Source: Eledone cirrhosa
Lineage: Eukaryota
Direction of reading: 5' to 3'
Assembly (NCBI GenBank): GCA_964016885.1
Contig: OZ024743.1
Coordinates: 211,792,001 to 211,856,000 of the forward strand
DNA: 64,000 bases
Shown here: positions 24,241 to 37,300 of the stretch, one piece after another
Layout of the letters: the number at the start of each line of letters is the position of its first letter
How positions within the stretch are numbered: position 1 is the stretch's first letter
Program-made: the position numbers and the translations under genes
The notes under the pieces: generated by a model
Seen by the model: the letters and a program-made list of their open reading frames with translations, nothing else
The model's database searches: none
Told to the model about the DNA's origin: nothing

Positions 24241-26185
24241 ACCACGGGCGGCCGGCCCACAATCGAAAAGGTTACTCCGCCTGCAAATCGTCATTTTCGG
24301 ATTCGTTTTCTTCGAAGCACACCATTCGCCGGCGGACTTCAGCTGCCTCATTTAGCATGGGCAGTTTTTCTTGAAGATCACACCACACACAGCCAATGAG
24401 TGTCTGCACATGTACCAGTAATTACAGATGGATCCCACCACGGGCGGCCGGCCCACAATCGAAAAGGTTACTCCGCCTGCAAATCGTCATTTTCGGATTC
24501 GTTTTCTTCGAAGCACACCATTCGCCGGCGGACTTCAGCTGCCTCATTTAGCATGGGCAGTTTTTCTTGAAGATCACACCACACACAGCCAATGAGTGTC
24601 TGCACATGTACCAGTAATTAGAGATCGATCCGACCACGGGCGGCCGGCCCACGATCGAGAAAAAGGTAACTCCGCCGGCAAATCGTCATTTTTGTGATCC
24701 GTTTTCTTCGAAGCACACCATTCGCCGCCGGACTTCAGCTGCCTCATTTAGCATGGGCAGTTTTTTTTGAAAATCACACCACACACAACCAATGTGTGTC
24801 TGCACATGTACCAGTAATTACAGATCGATCCGACCACGGGCGGCCGGCCCGCGATTGAAAAGGTAACTCCGCCGGCAAATCGTCATTTTTGTGATTCGTT
24901 TTCTTCGAAGCACACCATTCGCCGCCGGACTTCAGCTGCCTCATTGAACATGGGCAGTTTTTTTTTAAAATCACACCACATACAACCAATGTGTGTCTGC
25001 ACATGTACCAGTAATTACAGATCGATCCCACCACGGGCGGCCGGCCCACAATCGAAAAGGTTACTCCGCCTGCAAATCGTCATTTTCGGATTCGTTTTCT
25101 TCGAAGCACACCATTCGCCGCCGGACTTCAGCTGCCTCATTTAGCATGGGCAGTTTTTCTTGAAGATCACACCACACACAGCCAATGAGTGTCTGCACAT
25201 GTACCAGTAATTAGAGATCGATCCGACCACGGGCGGCCGGCCCACGATCGAGAAAAAGGTAACTCCGCCGGCAAATCGTCATTTTTGTGATCCGTTTTCT
25301 TCGAAGCACACCATTCGCCGCCGGACTTCAGCTGCCTCATTTAGCATGGGCAGTTTTTTTTGAAAATCACACCACACACAACCAATGTGTGTCTGCACAT
25401 GTACCAGTAATTACAGATCGATCCGACCACGGGCGGCCGGCCCGCGATTGAAAAGGTAACTCCGCCGGCAAATCGTCATTTTTGTGATTCGTTTCCTTCG
25501 AAGCACACCATTCGCCGCCGGACTTCAGCTGCCTCATTGAACATGGGCAGTTTTTTTTTAAAATCACACCACATACAACCAATGTGTGTCTGCACATGTA
25601 CCAGTAATTACAGATCGATCCCACCACGGGCGGCCGGCCCACAATCGAAAAGGTTACTCCACCTGCAAATCGTCATTTTCGGATTCGTTTTCTTCGAAGC
25701 ACACCATTCGCCGCCGGACTTCAGCTGCCTCATTTAGCATGGGCAGTTTTTCTTGAAGATCACACCACACACAGCCAATGAGTGTCTGCACATGTACCAG
25801 TAATCAGAGATCGATCCGACCACGGGCGGCCGGCCCACGATCGAGAAAAAGGTAACTCCGCCGGCAAATCGTCATTTTTGTGATCCGTTTTCTTCGAAGC
25901 ACACCATTCGCCGCCGGACTTCAGCTGCCTCATTTAGCATGGGCAGTTTTTTTTGAAAATCACACCACACACAACCAATGTGTGTCTGCACATGTACCAG
26001 TAATTACAGATCGATCCCACCACGGGCGGCCGGCCCACAATCGAAAAGGTTACTCCGCCTGCAAATCGTCATTTTCGGATTCGTTTTCTTCGAAGCACAC
26101 CATTCGCCGGCGGACTTCAGCTGCCTCATTTAGCATGGGCAGTTTTTCTTGAAGATCACACCACACACAGCCAATGAGTGTCTGC
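22630..26185. repeat. 1778-bp A-only higher-order repeat (9 monomers), 2 copies; duplicated again at +12208
   Basis: Offsets 22996->24774, 23589->25367 and 24102->25880 = 1778 = 4x196+3x200+2x197. Shared private variants GTTTCCTT, CTCCACCTG and TAATCAGAG. Confidence 0.9.
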
Positions 26186-28157
26186 ACATGTACCAGTAAT
26201 TAGAGATCGATCCGACCACGGGCGGCCGGCCCACGATCGAGAAAAAGGTAACTCCGCCGGCAAATCGTCATTTTTGTGATCCGTTTTCTTCGAAGCACAC
26301 CATTCGCCGCCGGACTTCAGCTGCCTCATTTAGCATGGGCAGTTTTTTTTGAAAATCACACCACACACAACCAATGTGTTTCTGCACATGTACCAGTAAT
26401 TACAGATCGATCCCACCACGAGTTCAATGTAAACTAACTTACGCTCAACGACTTTGTTGACGTTTAACACGGTTTGGTTCCACAGCCACAACTATTGATT
26501 TTACGGAGATATCTTGCTGAAATTCACGCCACACATAGCCAATGAGTGTCTGCACATGTACCAGTAATTACACATCGATCCGACCACGGGCGGCTGGCCC
26601 GCGATTGAAAAGGTAACTCCGCCGGCAAATCGTCATTTTTGGATTCGTTTTCTTCGAAGCACACCATTCGCCGCCGGACTTCAGGTGCCTCATTTAGCAT
26701 GGGCAGTTTTTTTTGAAAATCACACCACACACAACCAATGTGTGTCTGCACATGTACCAGTAATTACAGATCGATCCCACCACGGGCGGCCGGCCCACAA
26801 TCGAAAAGGTTACTCCGCCTGCAAATCGTCATTTTCGGATTCGTTTTCTTCGAAGCACACCATTCGCCGGCGGACTTCAGCTGCCTCATTTAGCATGGGC
26901 AGTTTTTCTTGAAGATCACACCACACACAGCCAATGAGTGTCTGCACATGTACCAGTAATTAGAGATCGATCCGACCACGGGCGGCCGGCCCACGATCGA
27001 GAAAAAGGTAACTCCGCCGGCAAATCGTCATTTTTGTGATCCGTTTTCTTCGAAGCACACCATTCGCCGCCGGACTTCAGCTGCCTCATTTAGCATGGGC
27101 AGTTTTTTTTGAAAATCACACCACACACAACCAATGTGTGTCTGCACATGTACCAGTAATTACAGATCGATCCGACCACGGGCGGCCGGCCCGCGATTGA
27201 AAAGGTAACTCCGCCGGCACATCGTCATTTTTGTGATTCGTTTTCTTCGAAGCACACCATTCGCCGCCGGACTTCAGCTGCCTCATTTAGCATGGGCAGT
27301 TTTTTTTGAAAATCACACCACACACAACCAATGTGTGTCTGCACATGTACCAGTAATTACAGATCGATCCCACCACGAGTTCAATGTAAACAAACTTACG
27401 CTCAACGACTTTGTTGACGTTTAACACGGTTTGGTTCCACAGCCACAACTATTGATTTTACGGAGATATCTTGCTGAAATTCACGCCACACATAGCCAAT
27501 GAGTGTCTGCACATGTACCAGTAATTACAGATCGATCCGACCAGGGGCGGCCGGCCCGCGATTGAAAAGGTAACTCCGCCGGCAAATCGTCATTTTTGGA
27601 TTCGTTTTCTTCGAAGCACACCATTCGCCGGCGGACTTTGTTGACGTTTAACACGGTTTGGTTCCACAGCCACAACTATTGATTTTAAGGAGATATCTTG
27701 CTGAAATTCACGCCACACATAGCCAATGAGTGTCTGCACATGTACCAGTAATTACAGATCGATCCGACCAGGGGCGGCCGGCCCGCGATTGAAAAGGTAA
27801 CTCCGCCGGCAAATCGTCATTTTTGTGATTCGTTTTCTTCGAAGCACACCATTCGCCGGCGGACTTTGTTGACGTTTAACACGGTTTGGTTCCACAGCCA
27901 CAACTATTGATTTTAAGGAGATATCTTGCTGAAGATCACACCACACACAGCCAATGAGTGTCTGCACATGTACCAGTAATTACAGATGGATCCCACCACG
28001 GGCGGCCGGCCCACAATCGAAAAGGTTACTCCGCCTGCAAATCGTCATTTTCGGATTCGTTTTCTTCGAAGCACACCATTCGCCGGCGGACTTCAGCTGC
28101 CTCATTTAGCATGGGCAGTTTTTCTTGAAGATCACACCACACACAGCCAATGAGTGT

Positions 28158-28315
28158 CTGCACATGTACCAGTAATTAGAGATCGATCCGCCGGCAAATC
28201 GTCATTTTTGTGATCCGTTTTCTTCGAAGCACACCATTCGCCGCCGGACTTCAGCTGCCTCATTTAGCATGGGCAGTTTTTTTTGAAAATCACACCACAC
28301 ACAACCAATGTGTTT
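28158..28315 (+). repeat. Truncated 158-bp A monomer (42-bp internal deletion); second copy at ~40366-40523
   Basis: Reads GATCGATCCG|CCGGCAAATC instead of GATCGATCCG-ACCACGGG...GGTAACTCCG-CCGGCAAATC. Core spacing 28158->28316 = 158. Confidence 0.93.
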
Positions 28316-31300
28316 CTGCACATGTACCAGTAATTACAGATCGATCCCACCACGAGTTCAATGTAAACTAACTTACGCTCAACGACTTTGTTGACGTTTA
28401 ACACGGTTTGGTTCCACAGCCACAACTATTGATTTTACGGAGATATCTTGCTGAAATTCACGCCACACATAGCCAATGAGTGTCTGCACATGTACCAGTA
28501 ATTACACATCGATCCGACCACGGGCGGCTGGCCCGCGATTGAAAAGGTAACTCCGCCGGCAAATCGTCATTTTTGGATTCGTTTTCTTCGAAGCACACCA
28601 TTCGCCGCCGGACTTCAGCTGCCTCATTTAGCATGGGCAGTTTTTTTTGAAAATCACACCACACACAACCAATGTGTGTCTGCACATGTACCAGTAATTA
28701 CAGATCGATCCCACCACGGGCGGCCGGCCCACAATCGAAAAGGTTACTCCGCCTGCAAATCGTCATTTTCGGATTCGTTTTCTTCGAAGCACACCATTCG
28801 CCGGCGGACTTCAGCTGCCTCATTTAGCATGGGCAGTTTTTCTTGAAGATCACACCACACACAGCCAATGAGTGTCTGCACATGTACCAGTAATTAGAGA
28901 TCGATCCGACCACGGGCGGCCGGCCCACGATCGAGAAAAAGGTAACTCCGCCGGCAAATCGTCATTTTTGTGATCCGTTTTCTTCGAAGCACACCATTCG
29001 CCGCCGGACTTCAGCTGCCTCATTTAGCATGGGCAGTTTTTTTTGAAAATCACACCACACACAACCAATGTGTTTCTGCACATGTACCAGTAATTACAGA
29101 TCGATCCCACCACGAGTTCAATGTAAACTAACTTACGCTCAACGACTTTGTTGACGTTTAACACGGTTTGGTTCCACAGCCACAACTATTGATTTTAAGG
29201 AGATATCTTGCTGAAATACACGCCACACATAGCCAATGAGTGTCTGCACATGTACCAGTAATTACAGATCGATCCGACCAGGGGCGGCCGGCCCGCGATT
29301 GAAAAGGTAACTCCGCCGGCAAATCGTCATTTTTGGATTCGTTTTCTTCGAAGCACACCATTCGCCGGCGGACTTTGTTGACGTTTAACACGGTTTGGTT
29401 CCACAGCCACAACTATTGATTTTAAGGAGATATCTTGCTGAAATTCACGCCACACATAGCCAATGAGTGTCTGCACATGTACCAGTAATTACAGATCGAT
29501 CCGACCACGGGCGGCCGGCCCGCGATTGAAAAGGTAACTCCGCCGGCAAATCGTCATTTTTGTGATCCGTTTTCTTCGAAGCACACCATTCGCCGCCGGA
29601 CTTCAGCTGCCTCATTTAGCATGGGCAGTTTTTTTTGAAAATCACACCACACACAACCAATGTGTGTCTGCACATGTACCAGTAATTACAGATCGATCCC
29701 ACCACGGGCGGCCGGCCCACAATCGAAAAGGTTACTCCGCCTGCAAATCGTCATTTTCGGATTCGTTTTCTTCGAAGCACACCATTCGCCGGCGGACTTC
29801 AGCTGCCTCATTTAGCATGGGCAGTTTTTCTTGAAGATCACACCACACACAGCCAATGAGTGTCTGCACATGTACCAGTAATTAGAGATCGATCCGACCA
29901 CGGGCGGCCGGCCCACGATCGAGAAAAAGGTAACTCCGCCGGCAAATCGTCATTTTTGTGATCCGTTTTCTTCGAAGCACACCATTCGCCGCCGGACTTC
30001 AGCTGCCTCATTTAGCATGGGCAGTTTTTTTTGAAAATCACACCACACACAACCAATGTGTTTCTGCACATGTACCAGTAATTACAGATCGATCCCACCA
30101 CGAGTTCAATGTAAACTAACTTACGCTCAACGACTTTGTTGACGTTTAACACGGTTTGGTTCCACAGCCACAACTATTGATTTTACGGAGATATCTTGCT
30201 GAGATTCACGCCACACATAGCCAATGAGTGTCTGCACATGTACCAGTAATTACACATCGATCCGACCACGGGCGGCTGGCCCGCGATTGAAAAGGTAACT
30301 CCGCCGGCAAATCGTCATTTTTGGATTCGTTTTCTTCGAAGCACACCATTCGCCGCCGGACTTCAGCTGCCTCATTTAGCATGGGCAGTTTTTTTTGAAA
30401 ATCACACCACACACAACCAATGTGTGTCTGCACATGTACCAGTAATTACAGATCGATCCCACCACGGGCGGCCGGCCCACAATCGAAAAGGTTACTCCGC
30501 CTGCAAATCGTCATTTTCGGATTCGTTTTCTTCGAAGCACACCATTCGCCGGCGGACTTCAGCTGCCTCATTTAGCATGGGCAGTTTTTCTTGAAGATCA
30601 CACCACACACAGCCAATGAGTGTCTGCACATGTACCAGTAATTAGAGATCGATCCGACCACGGGCGGCCGGCCCACGATCGAGAAAAAGGTAACTCCGCC
30701 GGCAAATCGTCATTTTTGTGATCCGTTTTCTTCGAAGCACACCATTCGCCGCCGGACTTCAGCTGCCTCATTTAGCATGGGCAGTTTTTTTTGAAAATCA
30801 CACCACACACAACCAATGTGTGTCTGCACATGTACCAGTAATTACAGATCGATCCGACCACGGGCGGCCGGCCCGCGATTGAAAAGGTAACTCCGCCGGC
30901 AAATCGTCATTTTTGTGATTCGTTTTCTTCGAAGCACACCATTCGCCGCCGGACTTCAGCTGCCTCATTTAGTATGGGCAGTTTTTTTTGAAAATCACAC
31001 CACACACAACCAATGTGTGTCTGCACATGTACCAGTAATTACAGATCGATCCCACCACGAGTTCAATGTAAACAAACTTACGCTCAACGACTTTGTTGAC
31101 GTTTAACACGGTTTGGTTCCACAGCCACAACTATTGATTTTACGGAGATATCTTGCTGAAATTCACGCCACACATAGCCAATGAGTGTCTGCACATGTAC
31201 CAGTAATTACAGATCGATCCGACCAGGGGCGGCCGGCCCGCGATTGAAAAGGTAACTCCGCCGGCAAATCGTCATTTTTGGATTCGTTTTCTTCGAAGCA

Positions 31301-34300
31301 CACCATTCGCCGGCGGACTTTGTTGACGTTTAACACGGTTTGGTTCCACAGCCACAACTATTGATTTTAAGGAGATATCTTGCTGAAATTCACGCCACAC
31401 ATAGCCAATGAGTGTCTGCACATGTACCAGTAATTACAGATCGATCCGACCAGGGGCGGCCGGCCCGCGATTGAAAAGGTAACTCCGCCGGCAAATCGTC
31501 ATTTTTGTGATTCGTTTTCTTCGAAGCACACCATTCGCCGGCGGACTTTGTTGACGTTTAACACGGTTTGGTTCCACAGCCACAACTATTGATTTTAAGG
31601 AGATATCTTGCTGAAATTCACGGCACACATAGCCAATGAGTGTCTGCATATGTACCAGTAATTACAGATCGATCCGACCACGGACGGCCGGCCCGCGATT
31701 GAAAAGGTAACTCCGCCGGCAAATCGTCATTTTCGGATTCGTTTTCTTCGAAGCACACCATTCGCCGGCGGACTTCAGCTGCCTCATTTAGCATGGGCAG
31801 TTTTTCTTGAAGATCACACCACACACAGCCAATGAGTGTCTGCACATGTACCAGTAATTACAGATGGATCCCACCACGGGCGGCCGGCCCACAATCGAAA
31901 AGGTTACTCCGCCTGCAAATCGTCATTTTCGGATTCGTTTTCTTCGAAGCACACCATTCGCCGGCGGACTTCAGCTGCCTCATTTAGCATGGGCAGTTTT
32001 TCTTGAAGATCACACCACACACAGCCAATGAGTGTCTGCACATGTACCAGTAATTAGAGATCGATCCGACCACGGGCGGCCGGCCCACGATCGAGAAAAA
32101 GGTAACTCCGCCGGCAAATCGTCATTTTTGTGATCCGTTTTCTTCGAAGCACACCATTCGCCGCCGGACTTCAGCTGCCTCATTTAGCATGGGCAGTTTT
32201 TTTTGAAAATCACACCACACACAACCAATGTGTGTCTGCACATGTACCAGTAATTACAGATCGATCCGACCACGGGCGGCCGGCCCGCGATTGAAAAGGT
32301 AACTCCGCCGGCAAATCGTCATTTTTGTGATTCGTTTTCTTCGAAGCACACCATTCGCCGCCGGACTTCAGCTGCCTCATTGAACATGGGCAGTTTTTTT
32401 TTAAAATCACACCACATACAACCAATGTGTGTCTGCACATGTACCAGTAATTACAGATCGATCCCACCACGGGCGGCCGGCCCACAATCGAAAAGGTTAC
32501 TCCGCCTGCAAATCGTCATTTTCGGATTCGTTTTCTTCGAAGCACACCATTCGCCGCCGGACTTCAGCTGCCTCATTTAGCATGGGCAGTTTTTCTTGAA
32601 GATCACACCACACACAGCCAATGAGTGTCTGCACATGTACCAGTAATTAGAGATCGATCCGACCACGGGCGGCCGGCCCACGATCGAGAAAAAGGTAACT
32701 CCGCCGGCAAATCGTCATTTTTGTGATCCGTTTTCTTCGAAGCACACCATTCGCCGCCGGACTTCAGCTGCCTCATTTAGCATGGGCAGTTTTTTTTGAA
32801 AATCACACCACACACAACCAATGTGTGTCTGCACATGTACCAGTAATTACAGATCGATCCGACCACGGGCGGCCGGCCCGCGATTGAAAAGGTAACTCCG
32901 CCGGCAAATCGTCATTTTTGTGATTCGTTTTCTTCGAAGCACACCATTCGCCGCCGGACTTCAGCTGCCTCATTGAACATGGGCAGTTTTTTTTTAAAAT
33001 CACACCACATACAACCAATGTGTGTCTGCACATGTACCAGTAATTACAGATCGATCCCACCACGGGCGGCCGGCCCACAATCGAAAAGGTTACTCCGCCT
33101 GCAAATCGTCATTTTCGGATTCGTTTTCTTCGAAGCACACCATTCGCCGCCGGACTTCAGCTGCCTCATTTAGCATGGGCAGTTTTTCTTGAAGATCACA
33201 CCACACACAGCCAATGAGTGTCTGCACATGTACCAGTAATTAGAGATCGATCCGACCACGGGCGGCCGGCCCACGATCGAGAAAAAGGTAACTCCGCCGG
33301 CAAATCGTCATTTTTGTGATCCGTTTTCTTCGAAGCACACCATTCGCCGCCGGACTTCAGCTGCCTCATTTAGCATGGGCAGTTTTTTTTGAAAATCACA
33401 CCACACACAACCAATGTGTGTCTGCACATGTACCAGTAATTACAGATCGATCCGACCACGGGCGGCCGGCCCGCGATTGAAAAGGTAACTCCGCCGGCAA
33501 ATCGTCATTTTCGGATTCGTTTTCTTCGAAGCACACCATTCGCCGGCGGACTTCAGCTGCCTCATTTAGCATGGGCAGTTTTTCTTGAAGATCACACCAC
33601 ACACAGCCAATGAGTGTCTGCACATGTACCAGTAATTAGAGATCGATCCGACCACGGGCGGCTGGCCCACGATCGAGAAAAAGGTAACTCCGCCGGCAAA
33701 TCGTCATTTTTGTGATCCGTTTTCTTCGAAGCACACCATTCGCCGCCGGACTTCAGCTGCCTCATTTAGCATGGGCAGTTTTTTTTGAAAATCACACCAC
33801 ACACAACCAATGTGTGTCTGCACATGTACCAGTAATTACAGATCGATCCGACCACGGGCGGCCGGCCCGCGATTGAAAAGGTAACTCCGCCGGCAAATCG
33901 TCATTTTTGTGATTCGTTTTCTTCGAAGCACACCATTCGCCGCCGGACTTCAGCTGCCTCATTTAGCATGGGCAGTTTTTTTTGAAAATCACACCACACA
34001 CAACCAATGTGTGTCTGCACATGTACCAGTAATTACAGATCGATCCCACCACGAGTTCAATGTAAACAAACTTACGCTCAACGACTTTGTTGACGTTTAA
34101 CACGGTTTGGTTCCACAGCCACAACTATTGATTTTACGGAGATATCTTGCTGAAATTCAGGCCACACATAGCCAATGAGTGTCTGCACATGTACCAGTAA
34201 TTACAGATCGATCCGACCAGGGGCGGCCGGCCCGCGATTGAAAAGGTAACTCCGCCGGCAAATCGTCATTTTTGGATTCGTTTTCTTCGAAGCACACCAT

Positions 34301-37300
34301 TCGCCGGCGGACTTTGTTGACGTTTAACACGGTTTGGTTCCACAGCCACAACTATTGATTTTAAGGAGATATCTTGCTGAAATTCACGCCACACATAGCC
34401 AATGAGTGTCTGCACATGTACCAGTAATTACAGATCGATCCGACCAGGGGCGGCCGGCCCGCGATTGAAAAGGTAACTCCGCCGGCAAATCGTCATTTTT
34501 GTGATTCGTTTTCTTCGAAGCACACCATTCGCCGGCGGACTTTGTTGACGTTCAACACGGTTTGGTTCCACAGCCACAACTATTGATTTTAAGGAGATAT
34601 CTTGCTGAAATTCACGCCACACATAGCCAATGAGTGTCTGCATATGTACCAGTAATTACAGATCGATCCGACCACGGACGGCCGGCCCGCGATTGAAAAG
34701 GTAACTCCGCCGGCAAATCGTCATTTTCGGATTCGTTTTCTTCGAAGCACACCATTCGCCGGCGGACTTCAGCTGCCTCATTTAGCATGGGCAGTTTTTC
34801 TTGAAGATCACACCACACACAGCCAATGAGTGTCTGCACATGTACCAGTAATTACAGATGGATCCCACCACGGGCGGCCGGCCCACAATCGAAAAGGTTA
34901 CTCCGCCTGCAAATCGTCATTTTCGGATTCGTTTTCTTCGAAGCACACCATTCGCCGGCGGACTTCAGCTGCCTCATTTAGCATGGGCAGTTTTTCTTGA
35001 AGATCACACCACACACAGCCAATGAGTGTCTGCACATGTACCAGTAATTAGAGATCGATCCGACCACGGGCGGCCGGCCCACGATCGAGAAAAAGGTAAC
35101 TCCGCCGGCAAATCGTCATTTTTGTGATCCGTTTTCTTCGAAGCACACCATTCGCCGCCGGACTTCAGCTGCCTCATTTAGCATGGGCAGTTTTTTTTGA
35201 AAATCACACCACACACAACCAATGTGTGTCTGCACATGTACCAGTAATTACAGATCGATCCGACCACGGGCGGCCGGCCCGCGATTGAAAAGGTAACTCC
35301 GCCGGCAAATCGTCATTTTTGTGATTCGTTTTCTTCGAAGCACACCATTCGCCGCCGGACTTCAGCTGCCTCATTGAACATGGGCAGTTTTTTTTTAAAA
35401 TCACACCACATACAACCAATGTGTGTCTGCACATGTACCAGTAATTACAGATCGATCCCACCACGGGCGGCCGGCCCACAATCGAAAAGGTTACTCCGCC
35501 TGCAAATCGTCATTTTCGGATTCGTTTTCTTCGAAGCACACCATTCGCCGCCGGACTTCAGCTGCCTCATTTAGCATGGGCAGTTTTTCTTGAAGATCAC
35601 ACCACACACAGCCAATGAGTGTCTGCACATGTACCAGTAATTAGAGATCGATCCGACCACGGGCGGCCGGCCCACGATCGAGAAAAAGGTAACTCCGCCG
35701 GCAAATCGTCATTTTTGTGATCCGTTTTCTTCGAAGCACACCATTCGCCGCCGGACTTCAGCTGCCTCATTTAGCATGGGCAGTTTTTTTTGAAAATCAC
35801 ACCACACACAACCAATGTGTGTCTGCACATGTACCAGTAATTACAGATCGATCCGACCACGGGCGGCCGGCCCGCGATTGAAAAGGTAACTCCGCCGGCA
35901 AATCGTCATTTTTGTGATTCGTTTCCTTCGAAGCACACCATTCGCCGCCGGACTTCAGCTGCCTCATTGAACATGGGCAGTTTTTTTTTAAAATCACACC
36001 ACATACAACCAATGTGTGTCTGCACATGTACCAGTAATTACAGATCGATCCCACCACGGGCGGCCGGCCCACAATCGAAAAGGTTACTCCACCTGCAAAT
36101 CGTCATTTTCGGATTCGTTTTCTTCGAAGCACACCATTCGCCGCCGGACTTCAGCTGCCTCATTTAGCATGGGCAGTTTTTCTTGAAGATCACACCACAC
36201 ACAGCCAATGAGTGTCTGCACATGTACCAGTAATCAGAGATCGATCCGACCACGGGCGGCCGGCCCACGATCGAGAAAAAGGTAACTCCGCCGGCAAATC
36301 GTCATTTTTGTGATCCGTTTTCTTCGAAGCACACCATTCGCCGCCGGACTTCAGCTGCCTCATTTAGCATGGGCAGTTTTTTTTGAAAATCACACCACAC
36401 ACAACCAATGTGTGTCTGCACATGTACCAGTAATTACAGATCGATCCCACCACGGGCGGCCGGCCCACAATCGAAAAGGTTACTCCGCCTGCAAATCGTC
36501 ATTTTCGGATTCGTTTTCTTCGAAGCACACCATTCGCCGGCGGACTTCAGCTGCCTCATTTAGCATGGGCAGTTTTTCTTGAAGATCACACCACACACAG
36601 CCAATGAGTGTCTGCACATGTACCAGTAATTACAGATGGATCCCACCACGGGCGGCCGGCCCACAATCGAAAAGGTTACTCCGCCTGCAAATCGTCATTT
36701 TCGGATTCGTTTTCTTCGAAGCACACCATTCGCCGGCGGACTTCAGCTGCCTCATTTAGCATGGGCAGTTTTTCTTGAAGATCACACCACACACAGCCAA
36801 TGAGTGTCTGCACATGTACCAGTAATTAGAGATCGATCCGACCACGGGCGGCCGGCCCACGATCGAGAAAAAGGTAACTCCGCCGGCAAATCGTCATTTT
36901 TGTGATCCGTTTTCTTCGAAGCACACCATTCGCCGCCGGACTTCAGCTGCCTCATTTAGCATGGGCAGTTTTTTTTGAAAATCACACCACACACAACCAA
37001 TGTGTGTCTGCACATGTACCAGTAATTACAGATCGATCCGACCACGGGCGGCCGGCCCGCGATTGAAAAGGTAACTCCGCCGGCAAATCGTCATTTTTGT
37101 GATTCGTTTTCTTCGAAGCACACCATTCGCCGCCGGACTTCAGCTGCCTCATTGAACATGGGCAGTTTTTTTTTAAAATCACACCACATACAACCAATGT
37201 GTGTCTGCACATGTACCAGTAATTACAGATCGATCCCACCACGGGCGGCCGGCCCACAATCGAAAAGGTTACTCCGCCTGCAAATCGTCATTTTCGGATT

